From: Octopus sinensis
Lineage: Eukaryota
Length of the DNA stretch: 64,000 nt
Reading direction: 5' to 3'
Assembly: GCF_006345805.1 (NCBI RefSeq)
Contig: NC_042998.1
Location: 187,984,001 to 188,048,000, forward strand
Shown here: positions 22,601-35,700 of the stretch, one piece after another
Numbering within the stretch: position 1 is the stretch's first letter
Layout: every line of letters starts with the position of its first letter
Notes under the pieces: generated by a model
What the model was told of the DNA's origin: nothing
What the model saw: only the letters and a program-made list of their open reading frames with translations
The model's database searches: none
Translations under genes and position numbers: made by a program

Positions 22601-25600
22601 GGCACTGGTTGTCATGGATTTCCTTGCCAAAGTCAATTTTCTTAAGAATGATGTGACAATGGTGTCCCATTGCCTTCTACCAGTTTATTTATAGTTTACT
22701 TTATAAGTCTCTTGCTCTACTAAGCTTACCCTTGAGGCATAGGGCTTATTTAAATCATAGGCAGGAATGGGGAACTAGTTCGTGTGGCATACGGGCTTGT
22801 TCACACATTACACGTTTGCAAAAAATATAAAAACTAAAAATCCATCAGTGAACAACATTATTGAATGGACAAAGCCTTTAACACATTTACTGTCAAATGC
22901 AAGGAAACAGGAAATATTACATGTAGAAAATTACACTTAACCCTTTTGATACCAACCCGGCTAAAACCGCCTCTGGCTCTGAGTACAAATGTTTCGTTTC
23001 CATAAGCTTGGAATTAAAATCTTCCACCAAACCTTAGTCTCAATTTATGTTCCTAACATTAGCTTAATGATAACTAAGTTATTTTACTAAATTCTTTGTT
23101 ATATTTAAAGTAATTGAAAGAAACACAGAGCATCTCGAAATAAATATAGTAACGAAAGGGTTAAACATTTTCTAAGTGTCATATGTTATAGTGATATCTT
23201 TGAAAACCTGTTCTTAACAAACAAGATTTATTATCTTTTGAAATGAATTCTTTGAGAATCTACTAAGTTTTATTAAATATATGACTTCATTGATAATAAA
23301 TTAATGATAAATTCTATCCTTATCAAAGGTTTCATGCATTTGGCAGTGCATTTGTTGAAATTAACTCTGTCCAATTTGTGACTGTCCTATCATTACTATG
23401 GTGCTAAAATACATTTTTAAAAAAATGGTTTATCTTTATTTATGCAATCTCTTTTCTCTTTTATTATGATTTGTTTTGGTTTTTGCTTGCCAGTTCATCC
23501 CCCCGATCTCGTCTTTGACCCCTCTAACTACTCTGATACCAATGGTGGCGGTACTTGCCATTACTGCATTAAAGGATTTGGTAGATGACGTTGTAAGTTT
23601 TGGTTCTTTTTACTATGGCCGCAATGGGTCAGTATGTGAATTATTAATGTACTACATTGTTTATATGCACACACACCATATTTTTTTTTATCATTGCTTT
23701 GATTCTGCTGTTTATTTTCCTATTTTTTTTCTATTTTCCTTTTCTTTTAATTTCGCATTCTTTCTATCATTGTCTTCTGCTTTCTTTCCCTGTCTTTTAT
23801 TATGTCTTTCTTCCTATCTTTTGTTTTCTCTTTCACTCTCTTTCTCTCTTGTATTTCCTCTTTTTACCCGTCTTTCCTTTTTTTTTCCACTCTTTCTTGT
23901 TTCCAATCTGCCTCCTCCTCCTCCTTCCTCACTCTTCTCTCTCTTTGTATCTCTTTCTTTCTTTCTTGTAGCTTCTCTCTTTTTTCTTGTTTTTTTTTCT
24001 TCTAAATTTTTCTTTTTGTTTTTGCATGCATCCTGTACTTTGTTCTTCTGAATCCCATGCATTTTCTCCTGTTTGGTATTTTACATTCCTTATTCTCTAT
24101 CATCTCTCCCTCTATTTCTTCCCTCTTCGTTTTTACCTCCCCACTCTCTGTATTTTACTTCACCTTCTTTCAATCTTCTACAATATTTTATCCACCCCTG
24201 CTAACTACCATCTACATAAACAGGTAAGTTTGATTTTTTTGTTCTCCATAGATACAACTGCCTTACTATAGTTATACAATTCTATAATCCTATGATCTGA
24301 CTCCATATCTCCATATCTATTTATGGCTTTACTGATATTTTTGGCAATATTTATAGGAATTACCAAAATTCTGTTTTATATGATTCCTTCATAGCATAGC
24401 ACTGTTGCCAATTGGCTTGGCAAACAGTATACTTCCTGCATTTAGACTGTAAATTTGACACCTAAATCTCTGTTTTCTTAACATGGATGTCTTGTTAGCC
24501 AAGAATTGCCTGTCGTGAGTGCTGTCTGTTTCAGTTTATGTGTGTACTTTTATGCATCGAATGTCTATATGCGAGGAGCTTTCAAGACTGATAATGCAGT
24601 ATTTGGTGTTCTAACAAGCCATCCATGTTAAGTTGGATATAAAGATTACCTTCTGTTATTAATATCGCTTCCATGGCTAATAGTTAATTTTTGATAAGCC
24701 TGCTGGCTATTTGTGAAACCAGTGTCTGAAAGGATGTTGATATTCTATATATTGTAGTAGCGAGATTTTGACTGGCATGCAGTAATTGGATGCCTCTCAC
24801 TGATGATTTTCAAAAGAATGAAATTATGTGATTTAGGAGTTCTAGTGCTCATGACAGCTGATTCTTGTCTGCTATCATCTATGCACTAAGGGTCTATGTG
24901 GGAGGATCTCTCAAGGCTAATAATGCAGTAGTTGGTGTTCTAACAATAAATTCATGTTAAGGATATAAATATTACATTCTGGTATTAATACAGCTTCCAT
25001 TGCTGTATTAATTTTCTACTACCACTTTTACTACATGGTATTTGGAGGGTGTCTATCCACAGAAATCATACCAGAGCAGAGAGTAGAGCTTGGCGCAGTC
25101 TTCTGACTTACTAACTCCTGTTGAATCATCCAACACATGTCAGCATGGAAAGTGGCAGTTAAATTATGATGATGATGAGGATTATTAAAATGGCAGTGAA
25201 TTGGTTAAGTTGAAGCATAGGACAAAATTCCTTGTAGTATTTGCTGGTTCTTCATGTTCTGAGTTCAAATACTACTAAAATCAACTTTGTTTTGTTATCC
25301 TCTTTGTGGTACCAACATTGTTGGGGTTGCCTTGTCGCTTGTAAAGCAAAAGAGAGCACCTCACACTGGAAAGGAATAAACTTATTATGAAGGGATGGTA
25401 ATGAAATAAATAATAGGAGTAGTGTGTTGGGTTGGGGGAGAAGAGACAGAAGAGAGGAGAAGGAAAAAAATAACATCAGGGATTAATGTAAAGGAGAGAG
25501 TGGAAGGGTAATGTGAATGTAGGGGAGAAGTGGTGCATAAAAGAAAGATTAGATGAAAATGGGTAATAGGTGAGATTGGTAAAGGGAGAGATACTGTTAA

Positions 25601-28600
25601 AGGATTAGTGAAAGAGTCATTGATAAGGTGAGGAGAGATGAGGTTGGTTGAATAGGTGATACAGAGCTACCCCCAATTATATATGGGTGGATAGAGTGGT
25701 GTGAAGGAGAGATACATGGGATGATGATGAAGGGCAAGAGTATATTCTTAATGTAGTATGCCCAAAAGAGCAGGGAGTTAGGGAGGGCAGGTAAAGGTTG
25801 TCAACCTGTGATCTCCGCACCCACTCAAGTATCTTGGTTTTGGTTTGGGAGAAAGGAATGGGTAGCAAAATGTAGGTGGTGGGAATATTCAATATGTACA
25901 AATCAAGTAATTTTCTCTCAGTAATGGGTGCCATGGTACAGTGAGTTGAAGAGATGAGAGGTGGGGTACAGAATAGGAACAGCAAAGAATGGGGTGCATG
26001 CACAGGAGATCTGATCTTTTGCAGCACTGTGTATTAGTAGTCATCATCGTCTTTATTACTGTCTTTGTCAGATATTATAACATCCTGAGATCATTTTTTA
26101 CCACCTTATCCCAAATGTGTCTTGGTTTACCTCTCACATGGGTACCACTTCACTTTGAATGCTCTGTACTTGCTTAGGCAGCTGCTATCCTCCATTTTGC
26201 ATTACGTACCCCTAACCATTACAGTCTCCTTTCTTGCACCCTACAGCTGATTCCTTTAAAACCCAATTTGTTTCTCATTTCATTTATACATTGTCATTCA
26301 CACACATCCAATGAAGCTTACTCACTTTATTTCTTTCAAGCCTTTACATATCCTCTACCCTCAAAGCCATGTTTCACTGCTGTGCAACAGTGCACTTTGC
26401 ATACAAGCATTATACAGCTTATCCTTAATCTTGAGAGATAAGCCCTTTGTTGCCTGAATTTTCTCTTTGCATCTACCACACTTTTCGAGCATCCTCTTTC
26501 ATTGCTGTCAGGGTGTCGAATTGCAGGAAAGGGGCATAGTTTATTAAACTGAACCCTAGTACATATTTTATCAACCCTGGAGTGAATGAAAAACTAAATC
26601 AATTTGAACTTCAAACATGAAGGGATATAACTAAATATTGCAAAGCATTTTCTCTAATTCTCTACTCTTTGTGCCACTCCACTGCCTTGTATATTAGCTG
26701 TATGAAATTACTTTGTCATTTTGCTTTAATTGTAGTGAGTGATTTCACTTTTTAGTTCAACACTAATGTATTCTTGTTGGATTTAAAAGGTGCTGATGAT
26801 ATTTTACTCTATAATGGAAAAAATATTTGATACCATACAGTTATGAGCTGGATTTCTGCCATGGTTGTCAGAGATTTTTTATTTACTTTACTGATGATCA
26901 AAATAGCACCATTAGCATGCTAGAAATTCTATCTAGTTGATTGTGCATTTGAGGTCTCTGCTGGTGGTTATGATTGCTAGTTCCAAGAGGTATTACTACT
27001 CATCATCTTGCTAGGAACAGTGTAGTAAACATATATGAAATACTATATAGAATTAAGCAGCAATAATGCAATTGATCAAAATGGAATCCAATTTTGCTGT
27101 GAAAAGGATTTGTGTGGGTAAATCAACCATTTCATTTTACTGTATTTAATCAATCTTTGAGGATGAGAACTCCGGTCCTGTGGGCTTTGAACTGCAAGGA
27201 ACCAAGTTAGGCACTGTACCAAATCTGAGAAACTGATGATGATGATGATGATAATAAAAACATTGTAGTAGTAGTAATGAGGATTTCTTACATAAAATTA
27301 ATATTAAATATATTACTCACATTGGCAGAAAGCCACATATTTGTGACAGGAAGAGGTGTAGTTGATTTAATCAACCTCAGTATACTACTGTTATTTCTTA
27401 TAAGGTTTTCAGTCTCAGTATTTCAGTGAAGGTGAAGTTTGGGCATTAATATATTCCCCAAGTTAGTAATGCTGTACATTGAAGCAGTGCTAATATAGGA
27501 AGCAAATTCATGTAGCAAACACAACTCATGAACACATTACTACTGCATCACAGCTCTTACTCCAGTAATAAAATGATGGTGATATTGGTCATAATGATTC
27601 TAGCATTGACTCAAGGCTGCACATTATGAGAAAAAGGGCAGCTGATAAATTAACACCAGTGTGTGAAGTAATTATTTATAGTAAGCAAAGTTTATTTTGA
27701 CAGTATTTGAACTCAGAAGATGAGTAATCTAGCTAAATATCACCTGTTGGTTCAGCCATTCTGTTGACTTATGATAATTACGATGCAAATAACGATGGTT
27801 TATAATTTGGACATGAGGGCAGCAATTTTGAGGGGAGAGGCTTAACTGATACATTTTGACCACAGTACTTGACTGGTACTTTATTTTACCAACCCTGGAG
27901 GGATAGAAGCAAAGTTGACCATGGTGGGGTTTGAAGTTGAAATGTAAAGAGTCAAGAATAAAAGAATAAAAAGTCAAAAGAAATAAGCTCAGCAGTGCTG
28001 GTACCATGAAAAAAGCATCTGATACATGCTGTAAAGTGGTTGGCATTAGGAAGGGCATCTAACCTTAGAAACCATACCATAGCAAACTTTGGAGCATGAT
28101 GCAGTATTTGGACTTGTGAGGTCCTGTCAAACTATCCAACCCATGGCTGCATGGAACATGGATGGTAAATGATGATGATGTTGATGATTAGTAATATTTT
28201 ACCTTGAAATTGATTTGCAAAATAAACAGACATAAATGTCTATTTATTTATAATACTATTTATTTATAAGTGGATGTAGGTTGGAGAGAGGAAGCAAAAA
28301 ATAAAGACATCTGTTGAAAGTCTATATAGTTTATGAGAGAGGTAAATCTGAATTGATTGTTTGAATTTTATATAGGTTCAGCTATTGTATTTCCTCTAGT
28401 TTTGTAGCCAAAGTAGTAATGTTGCTAGGATATGAATCAGTCACTGTAAAATGCATTTTATGTGTTTTAAGCTGTAGCTCTGGTTTTATAAAATCTAAGA
28501 AATAAAAGCCAAAGGAAGTTTTATATTTTCATTACTATCCCTCTAAAAATAAAAATAAAAAATCTTTTTTTCTAAATTAAGATTTTTCCAATAAGTGATT

Positions 28601-31600
28601 TGAAAGTGCATAACTTTATCAAATATTCCTAAAAAATATTTTTACATGACATCATTTATACTTACATACCTATCTTACATGCACATGTATGTGTGTGTGT
28701 GTGTGTGCGTGCGTGCATGCATGCATGCATGTGTGTGTGTGGAATTTGTTTATTGATATATTCATATATGAATGTAAGTATGTATGAAGGATTTTTATCT
28801 ATATACATTTTTCTTTAGCAACGCCATCGAAGTGACAACCAGGTTAATAATCGTATTTCCTCTGTGCTTCGTGATGGTCAAATGGTTGAAGAAAAATGGC
28901 ACAAAGTTGTTGTTGGTGATATCATTCGAATGGAAAACAACCAGTTTGTGGCAGTAAGCATTAGTTTATATTTTCACTCCCAACAAAATACCGCTTCGTC
29001 CATTATATGTAGTATGATGTAAATTTTAATCAATTTGATTTGAGATAAAATTCTACCTAAATAGCACTGTATACAATAAGTATACAATAAGTTTATTGTT
29101 ATTTGTTTTGTTCTAAATCATCTGATAAGAACAGTCAACATGACATAATGATTAATGCTTTTCCTGGTGCACATACAATCTATCTTTTAAGGTCAAGAGT
29201 AGGGATTGGTCAGTCTTTCTTGCAAGAGGATTGCCAACAGTTTATGTAGTTGACACTTTCTTCCACCTTAGGACTTTTATATTAAAAAGCTGTATAAAAA
29301 CACAGCAGCTACAGTCATATGTTATGAGTACTGGAAGGCAGTTTTCTAATATATTACAGTATACATTTAAACATTTTTACATGCCATATCTTTAAATAAC
29401 TTACATTTAGGTTTATTTATTAATAGTGAATATAAAATTTTGCCAGCCCCGTCTGGCACCTGTGCTGGTGGCACGTAAAAAGCACCCACTACACTCTCGG
29501 AGTGGTTGGCGTTAGGTAGGGCATCAAGCCGTAGAAACATTACCAGATCAGACTGGGCCTGGTGCAGCCTCCTGGCTTCCCAGACCCCGGTCGAACCGTC
29601 CGACCCATGCTAGCATGGAAAGTGGATGCTAAATGATGATGATGAAGTCATATAGGTGTATTACCAAGGGAACAGCAACATATAATTGGAGTTTGACCCG
29701 TTTTGTCCTCTACTTCTCCTTGTAGATGGAAAGGTGCTTTATAGATACTGGCAGGGAGGATATCAAGGTTGCTAGCACTGACTGGACTCATAAGCATTTC
29801 AGTTCAATAACCCAATGTCCTGGGATTCTTATGCTATCTTGAGCACATCCCTATGATTTGATGTGCCATTCAACATGCTATGAATGGAAGAAAGGCTTAA
29901 TTTGGTAAATACATATGCATGTATTACTCATTCACTGATACACAAAGTATTGGATTTTTTGCCTTCCATGACATATGAAAGGACTTTTAGTGTGATTTGC
30001 CACTCAGAGATTCATTGAAAACTTTGAGGCATTGAAGATAGGCATCATGATTAGGTCTTCTATTTCACCAACTATGATATTGGTAGTGAAAAGTGAAGGA
30101 AGCTATTTGAAAGAGACAAAAATCTGAAGACCCTTAATAACTGCTATGGTTGCTATAACAACTATGTAGCTACATCAATACAATGAATCAATATCAAGTT
30201 GTACCATTGTTGTTTTTCACAGGTGAGTGAGAAAGAGCTGCAGAGGAATAAAAACTAAAGAAAACCAATAGCCTAACTTATGAATGGTTTTAATGACAGG
30301 AACACGAAGATCAATTTGATAGAAGTGTTTGTGTTCCTAAGCCATATTGTAATTTCAAAACAATATCTTGACCTTATGGCTTAATTTGACCTGATAAAAA
30401 AAAATGTCTGATTATTGAGTTGATGGTGTCTTGAGAAGGCAATAAGGGCACAGGAAAGAAAGGGCTTGAAATTTGGGTAACTTATAGAGTCATATGAGGT
30501 ACAAAGATGGCAGTGTATGTCATTGCAGTGCAAGTTATATATGAAATGTGTACTATTGTTGTTAAATGAATTATCATTAAAAAGTGTATCTAGCAGTTTT
30601 ACAATGAAAGTGTATTGGGATGTAATGAAAAAAAAAAACCCCAAAAAAGAAAAACAGAAAAGTAAAACTACTGGAAAAAGTGTTTCACTAGTCATGTAGA
30701 ATGTTTATTTCAAAACAAAACTTATATTAAAAGGATACTAGGACACAGTTGTTGTTGTTAGATGATATATAAGTGTTGATGTTGTAATGCTGCAGGCATT
30801 CATATGCTACCAGGAATAAATATATGAGGAATAACATTGTTAGTCAATTACTAATATTATTTCAATTTCTTTCCTACAAGTGAAAGGGACAACACTGGAT
30901 ATGGTTTGGTCTTATTCTGACCTCACCAGTAAAGCTTAGCGTTCATTATTGTATTGATAATGTGAGTTCCCCATTGAGAGCATGTGGAATTACTTGTAAA
31001 TTGTTTTAATAAATTGACAATGAGCAAAATGCTCTCAAACAAAATTGTATTACTATTGCATCATTTTCCCTTGAGTGAAAGATGTTCAGGGTTTCTAAGG
31101 CCCCTTTCAATCATAGCTGATTTTTTGCACCAGGAATGCTCCTTTCCAAGAAGCTGGAATCTGAAAGATTTTTTTTGTGAAAGACTAGTAGTTGCACATG
31201 TATGCGATGCCCTCTCTTTTAATGCTTTTAATGATGTCCAAGGTCAAGGCAAGACCAATGCTGTTTGGTACCAGTGCCATTGCAAGCAATGATGTGAGAA
31301 GATAAGGAACTGGAATGTACCATAAAGTATCCCATCTGATACTCCAGTGATTCCTTCAATCCATTGCCCTTCTTTTTTATTGAGCCTGAAAGGTTGAAAG
31401 GCAAAGTTGGACTTGAAGTGATTTGAACTCAGAGCAAAGAGAGTTGGAACAAATACTGTGAAGCACTTCTTCTATCTGATGCCTTAACAACTTGGTTAAA
31501 TTGTTGTTTGTCCTGTAATTTGTTTTCTAAGTGCTTGTCATAAAAATATGTATTATCAAAAATGGGGTGGTTTTGGGTGTTTAATTAAGGTGATGCATGG

Positions 31601-32725
31601 CAGAGACGCTCATCTACAACTACCAGGTGATGTCAAGACAAGGAGATACAAGCATAGTGTAGTGTTATTAATATCTAATGTTGAGAATACTGAATTATTT
31701 TTTTTGATATTAATGAAGATTTTAATGTCCAGGACATCTTGGCTTTACAAACTTTAAAAGCACTAGATTAATAATGGGTGAGTGCTACAATGTGCTATAG
31801 TATTTTGTGTGTTATATAGTTTGTAACATAACCCATTGTATTTTTACAAAACTACACCAAAAATCCATTCCAAAAAAGCAATGCTAATTTCCCTTTAATA
31901 GTATTTCTAGCTATTTACTATTTTAACAATCTTATATATTGCTAATTACTACCTATTATTAGCCTTATATCCTTATAGTTGTATTACATGTTCTCCTCTT
32001 GGATATTTAACACAGTGATTAACTAAAATGAGACACAGATTGTTTCTAGGTATGAGTGATAGTTATTTTACTATTTCTTTGAACAGGCTGATCTTTATCT
32101 ATTGTCTACAAGTGAACCAAACAGTTTATGCTATATTGAAACTGCTGAGCTTGATGGGTGAGTATTGGGTTCTGTTTTTATTCTTTTTTTATAACATCTT
32201 TTCTATGTCATATAATTTTTCGTATTTGATTTGTCTAGCATTAATTGAAGACAAAGTTAGTAGAGGCATGAATGTGATGAAATAGTCTACAAAACAATCT
32301 TCTTTTAACTCTTTGGCAATTTAAACAAACTTGTGTTTCAATAAAGATTTTCATTTGTTAAGAACAATCCTATTAGTTTCCTTCTACTTCACCTGAGCTT
32401 ATGTACCACTGCCATATTTTTATGGATGTTTGTCAAATCCCTGGCCTCTAAATTCAGTATAAAGTACCTCATTTGAAACTGATCTTTCTCTGATTGGAAG
32501 AGAACAGTTCTCAAATCACAAATTGTAAGTGCATATCAATATCTCCATGCAGAAAAATTCAACCCCTTGCGTGTGCGTGCAGACACACACACACCAAATA
32601 GTTAAGTTATGGGGATGTAAACACATCAACACCAGTTATCAAGTGGTGGTGGGAGACAAATACAGATACAAAGACACACAAACACACACACACATACATA
32701 CATATATATATATATAATATATATA

Positions 32726-32764
<39 letters not shown>

Positions 32765-35700
32765 ACAAGCTTCATTCAGTTTCCACTCATGAGCCTTTGG
32801 TTGACCCAAAGCTATAGTAGAAGGCACTTGCTCAAAGTAGCTTTGTGAGTGGATTTGGTAGATGGAAACTGAAAGAAGCCCATCATGTACATGTGTGCAT
32901 GTTAGTGTATGTGTGCATGTTAGTGTATGTGTGTATGTTTGTATCGCCTTGTCTTGACATCACCTGGTAGTTGTATATGAGTGTCTGTCATACACGCAGT
33001 GTTATTAATTTCTAATATTCTGCAAAAATATAATTTGGCTCTGTGGAACTATTACCATACTTGGAAATAGGTGAGAGCTGGTGACTGGAAGGACATCCAG
33101 CTACAGGAGGAATTTAAAACAACGGTGATAGAAACATGGAATGGCACTAGCTGTGATACTTTGTCTCAGATAAACTTTTCAATGCAACTTTCCAGTCCCT
33201 ATATTGATTTCATTTTAGCCTGACCAGCTTTTGCACAAATCAGTGAATGTCTCGTTTGCTAATACTCTGTATTGGAATTCAGCTTAGGTCAGAATGTTTG
33301 GAAGTGTTTACTATTGAGGGGATCAGTTGAGGTTGAAACACCTTGTCTAATAATCTGATGATAACATTCTGAGACAAGACAACCCTGTGTACTTTAAAGC
33401 ACAAGTCTCTTTAAGAAGTTTCTCTGAGATTGAGAATCATAGCTAATGATGGTTCTACATTTGTTAATAAATATAATGCTCATCATTAATTTAATTTAAT
33501 GCTGTTTCATGTACATGTCTGTATTACACTCACTCACTCACTCACACACAAACACACACACACACATCTTCTGGGTGAAAAAGATGGAATGGTCATGGCT
33601 AAAATGCATTTGAACATATGTTTGCTGGAGTAGAGGTGACCTGGTACTTGAACAACAAAATAACTAAGATTATTAAGCAAGTGAGGTTATTGAGAGAACA
33701 ATTAAATCTGAAAAACCAATCTAAATATGCTAGAAGGACTCAGTATAAACCAGCTTACATTAACCCTTTCGTTACTATATTTCTGACCAAATTACACCCC
33801 TTATGTGTTTCAATTAATTTCTAACGTAATCATAAATTTAGTCTGGTTTCATTAAACAACTATAACTTTTTTATTTATCGATATATTAATCTGATTTTTG
33901 GAAGATAATTTAATGAAATATTCTCAACCAATTCTATACTATAATTTTTGTCACAAAGTGACTCTAATTGCAGGTAGATACAGGTAAATTCCACAAAATA
34001 TAAAATTATTAAAATTTTGTTCAAACATCGCTATAGAAAATGGGTTATTAGCTAATATTCAATTGGGTATACAACAAAATTTTACGATAGAATTTGTTAT
34101 TCTGGGTAACTTTCTGATACCCATAATAATATTTATGGCAAAATAGTCTTAATTTCATTTAAGGTTGTGGGAAACCGCAAACTATCCTTTCTTTCGCTTT
34201 GTTTACGTTTAGCGTAACGGTTCGTTTCTGCCGTAATGATTTCAAATAGGCTCATTCTAAAAAGTAAATAGAAATAGTCTAAGGCTGGGAAAGTCTGTGG
34301 CTTGGTCCAGTTTCTTCAGAAAAATCACCGAAAGAAACAGTTTTAAATTTTCACTCCATTCAGGTGCCAATTCGTTTTCTTTATCGCTATCGGAGATCTC
34401 AGATTCAGTTTTCACTTTCGGAAAATGAAACATCAGATTCATTATCAAATACCACATGCTTTTTTTTTTCAGTCATAGAGTTAGATTTATGAAGGTCTTC
34501 AGTAGAAAATCCTTCGAATTCTGACTCGCTGCTTGATATAATGAAATTCGTATCCATTTTTTGTCAGAATTACAAATTTTGAAAACACAATAGGAACAAA
34601 TTTCGGAAAAAAATCTCCCAAAATTCACGGAATTAAAATTACACTTTGATTATTGTACAAAACTGTAGTTGAACTGTTTACGAAGTATAATACGTGTTTT
34701 CACGAATGTACTGAAGAGATTTGCTCTGATATTCTCATTTAAATATGAATAGGTAAATTCGGGTGGCTTTGGGCGGTTTGGTCTCATAAACCAAAATTTT
34801 TTTTGGGCGGCTTTGGGCGGTTTGGTAACGAAAGGGTTAAATGCCTAAATACTTTTTCTCCAGCCATAAAGCAGTAAAGATTTTGTTATATTTCCTTTGT
34901 TACTGGAAGCTTTTTATTGTTTTATTAAAGACATAACAACATGGTTTGTTGTCATAAGTGTTTTATGGCTGGATACTCAGTATTTTTCTGTTGTTAACCA
35001 TTCATCTCGCGTGTGCACAGTCGCAAATGTTCAGTCATCTGAGTGAAGCAAACATTGCAAAATTTAATTTTTAAACTTAGTATTCCACTATTATTACATG
35101 TATCTATAAGTGGTTGGTTTATTAAACATAGTAGTCTAATATTGATGCATATATCTATAAGTGGTTTTTGTTTACAGAATTCTCTTTTCAATAATGTTAT
35201 ATACATTTTTCTGTTTTACTGTCATTCTTGTTTAGACCAAGCTTGACATTGACTGAGCTAGCCTGGGATGAAAGATTTCCCAGCTGTAGTTTTACCCATC
35301 TTTGTACATAACTAAGGCTATGTTACCCAATGTTAAAAACAATAGGAGAGAGTTGGGCTCTGTTTCTAACTGGTGGAGTCACCAATATATATATGTCTTT
35401 ACTACCCACAAGGGGCTAAACATAGAGGGGACAAACAAAGACAGACAAATGGATTGTCAATTACATCGACCCTAGTGCGTAACTGGTACTTAATTTATCG
35501 ACCCTGAAAGGATGAAAGGCAAAGTCGACCTCGGCGGAATTTGAACCCAGAACGTAATGGCAGACGAAATACAGCTACGCATTTCGCCCAGCGTGCTAAC
35601 GTTTCTGCCAGCTCGCCGCCTTAAATATCACTAATATCTATTTCTTTATTACCCACAAGGGGCTAAACACAGAGGGGACAAACAAGGACAGACATAGGTA

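Noticed and set aside
23476-24062. 191-aa ORF and antisense Lys/Arg-rich ORF
   Set aside because: Only 23494-23592 is exonic. The rest is read-through into a pyrimidine tract.
24540-25000. Minus-strand mini-ORFs in the diverged duplication ([16 protein letters not shown] / [16 protein letters not shown])
   Set aside because: There are several synonymous-looking changes, but the frames are flanked by stops and no coherent exon chain exists on the minus strand.
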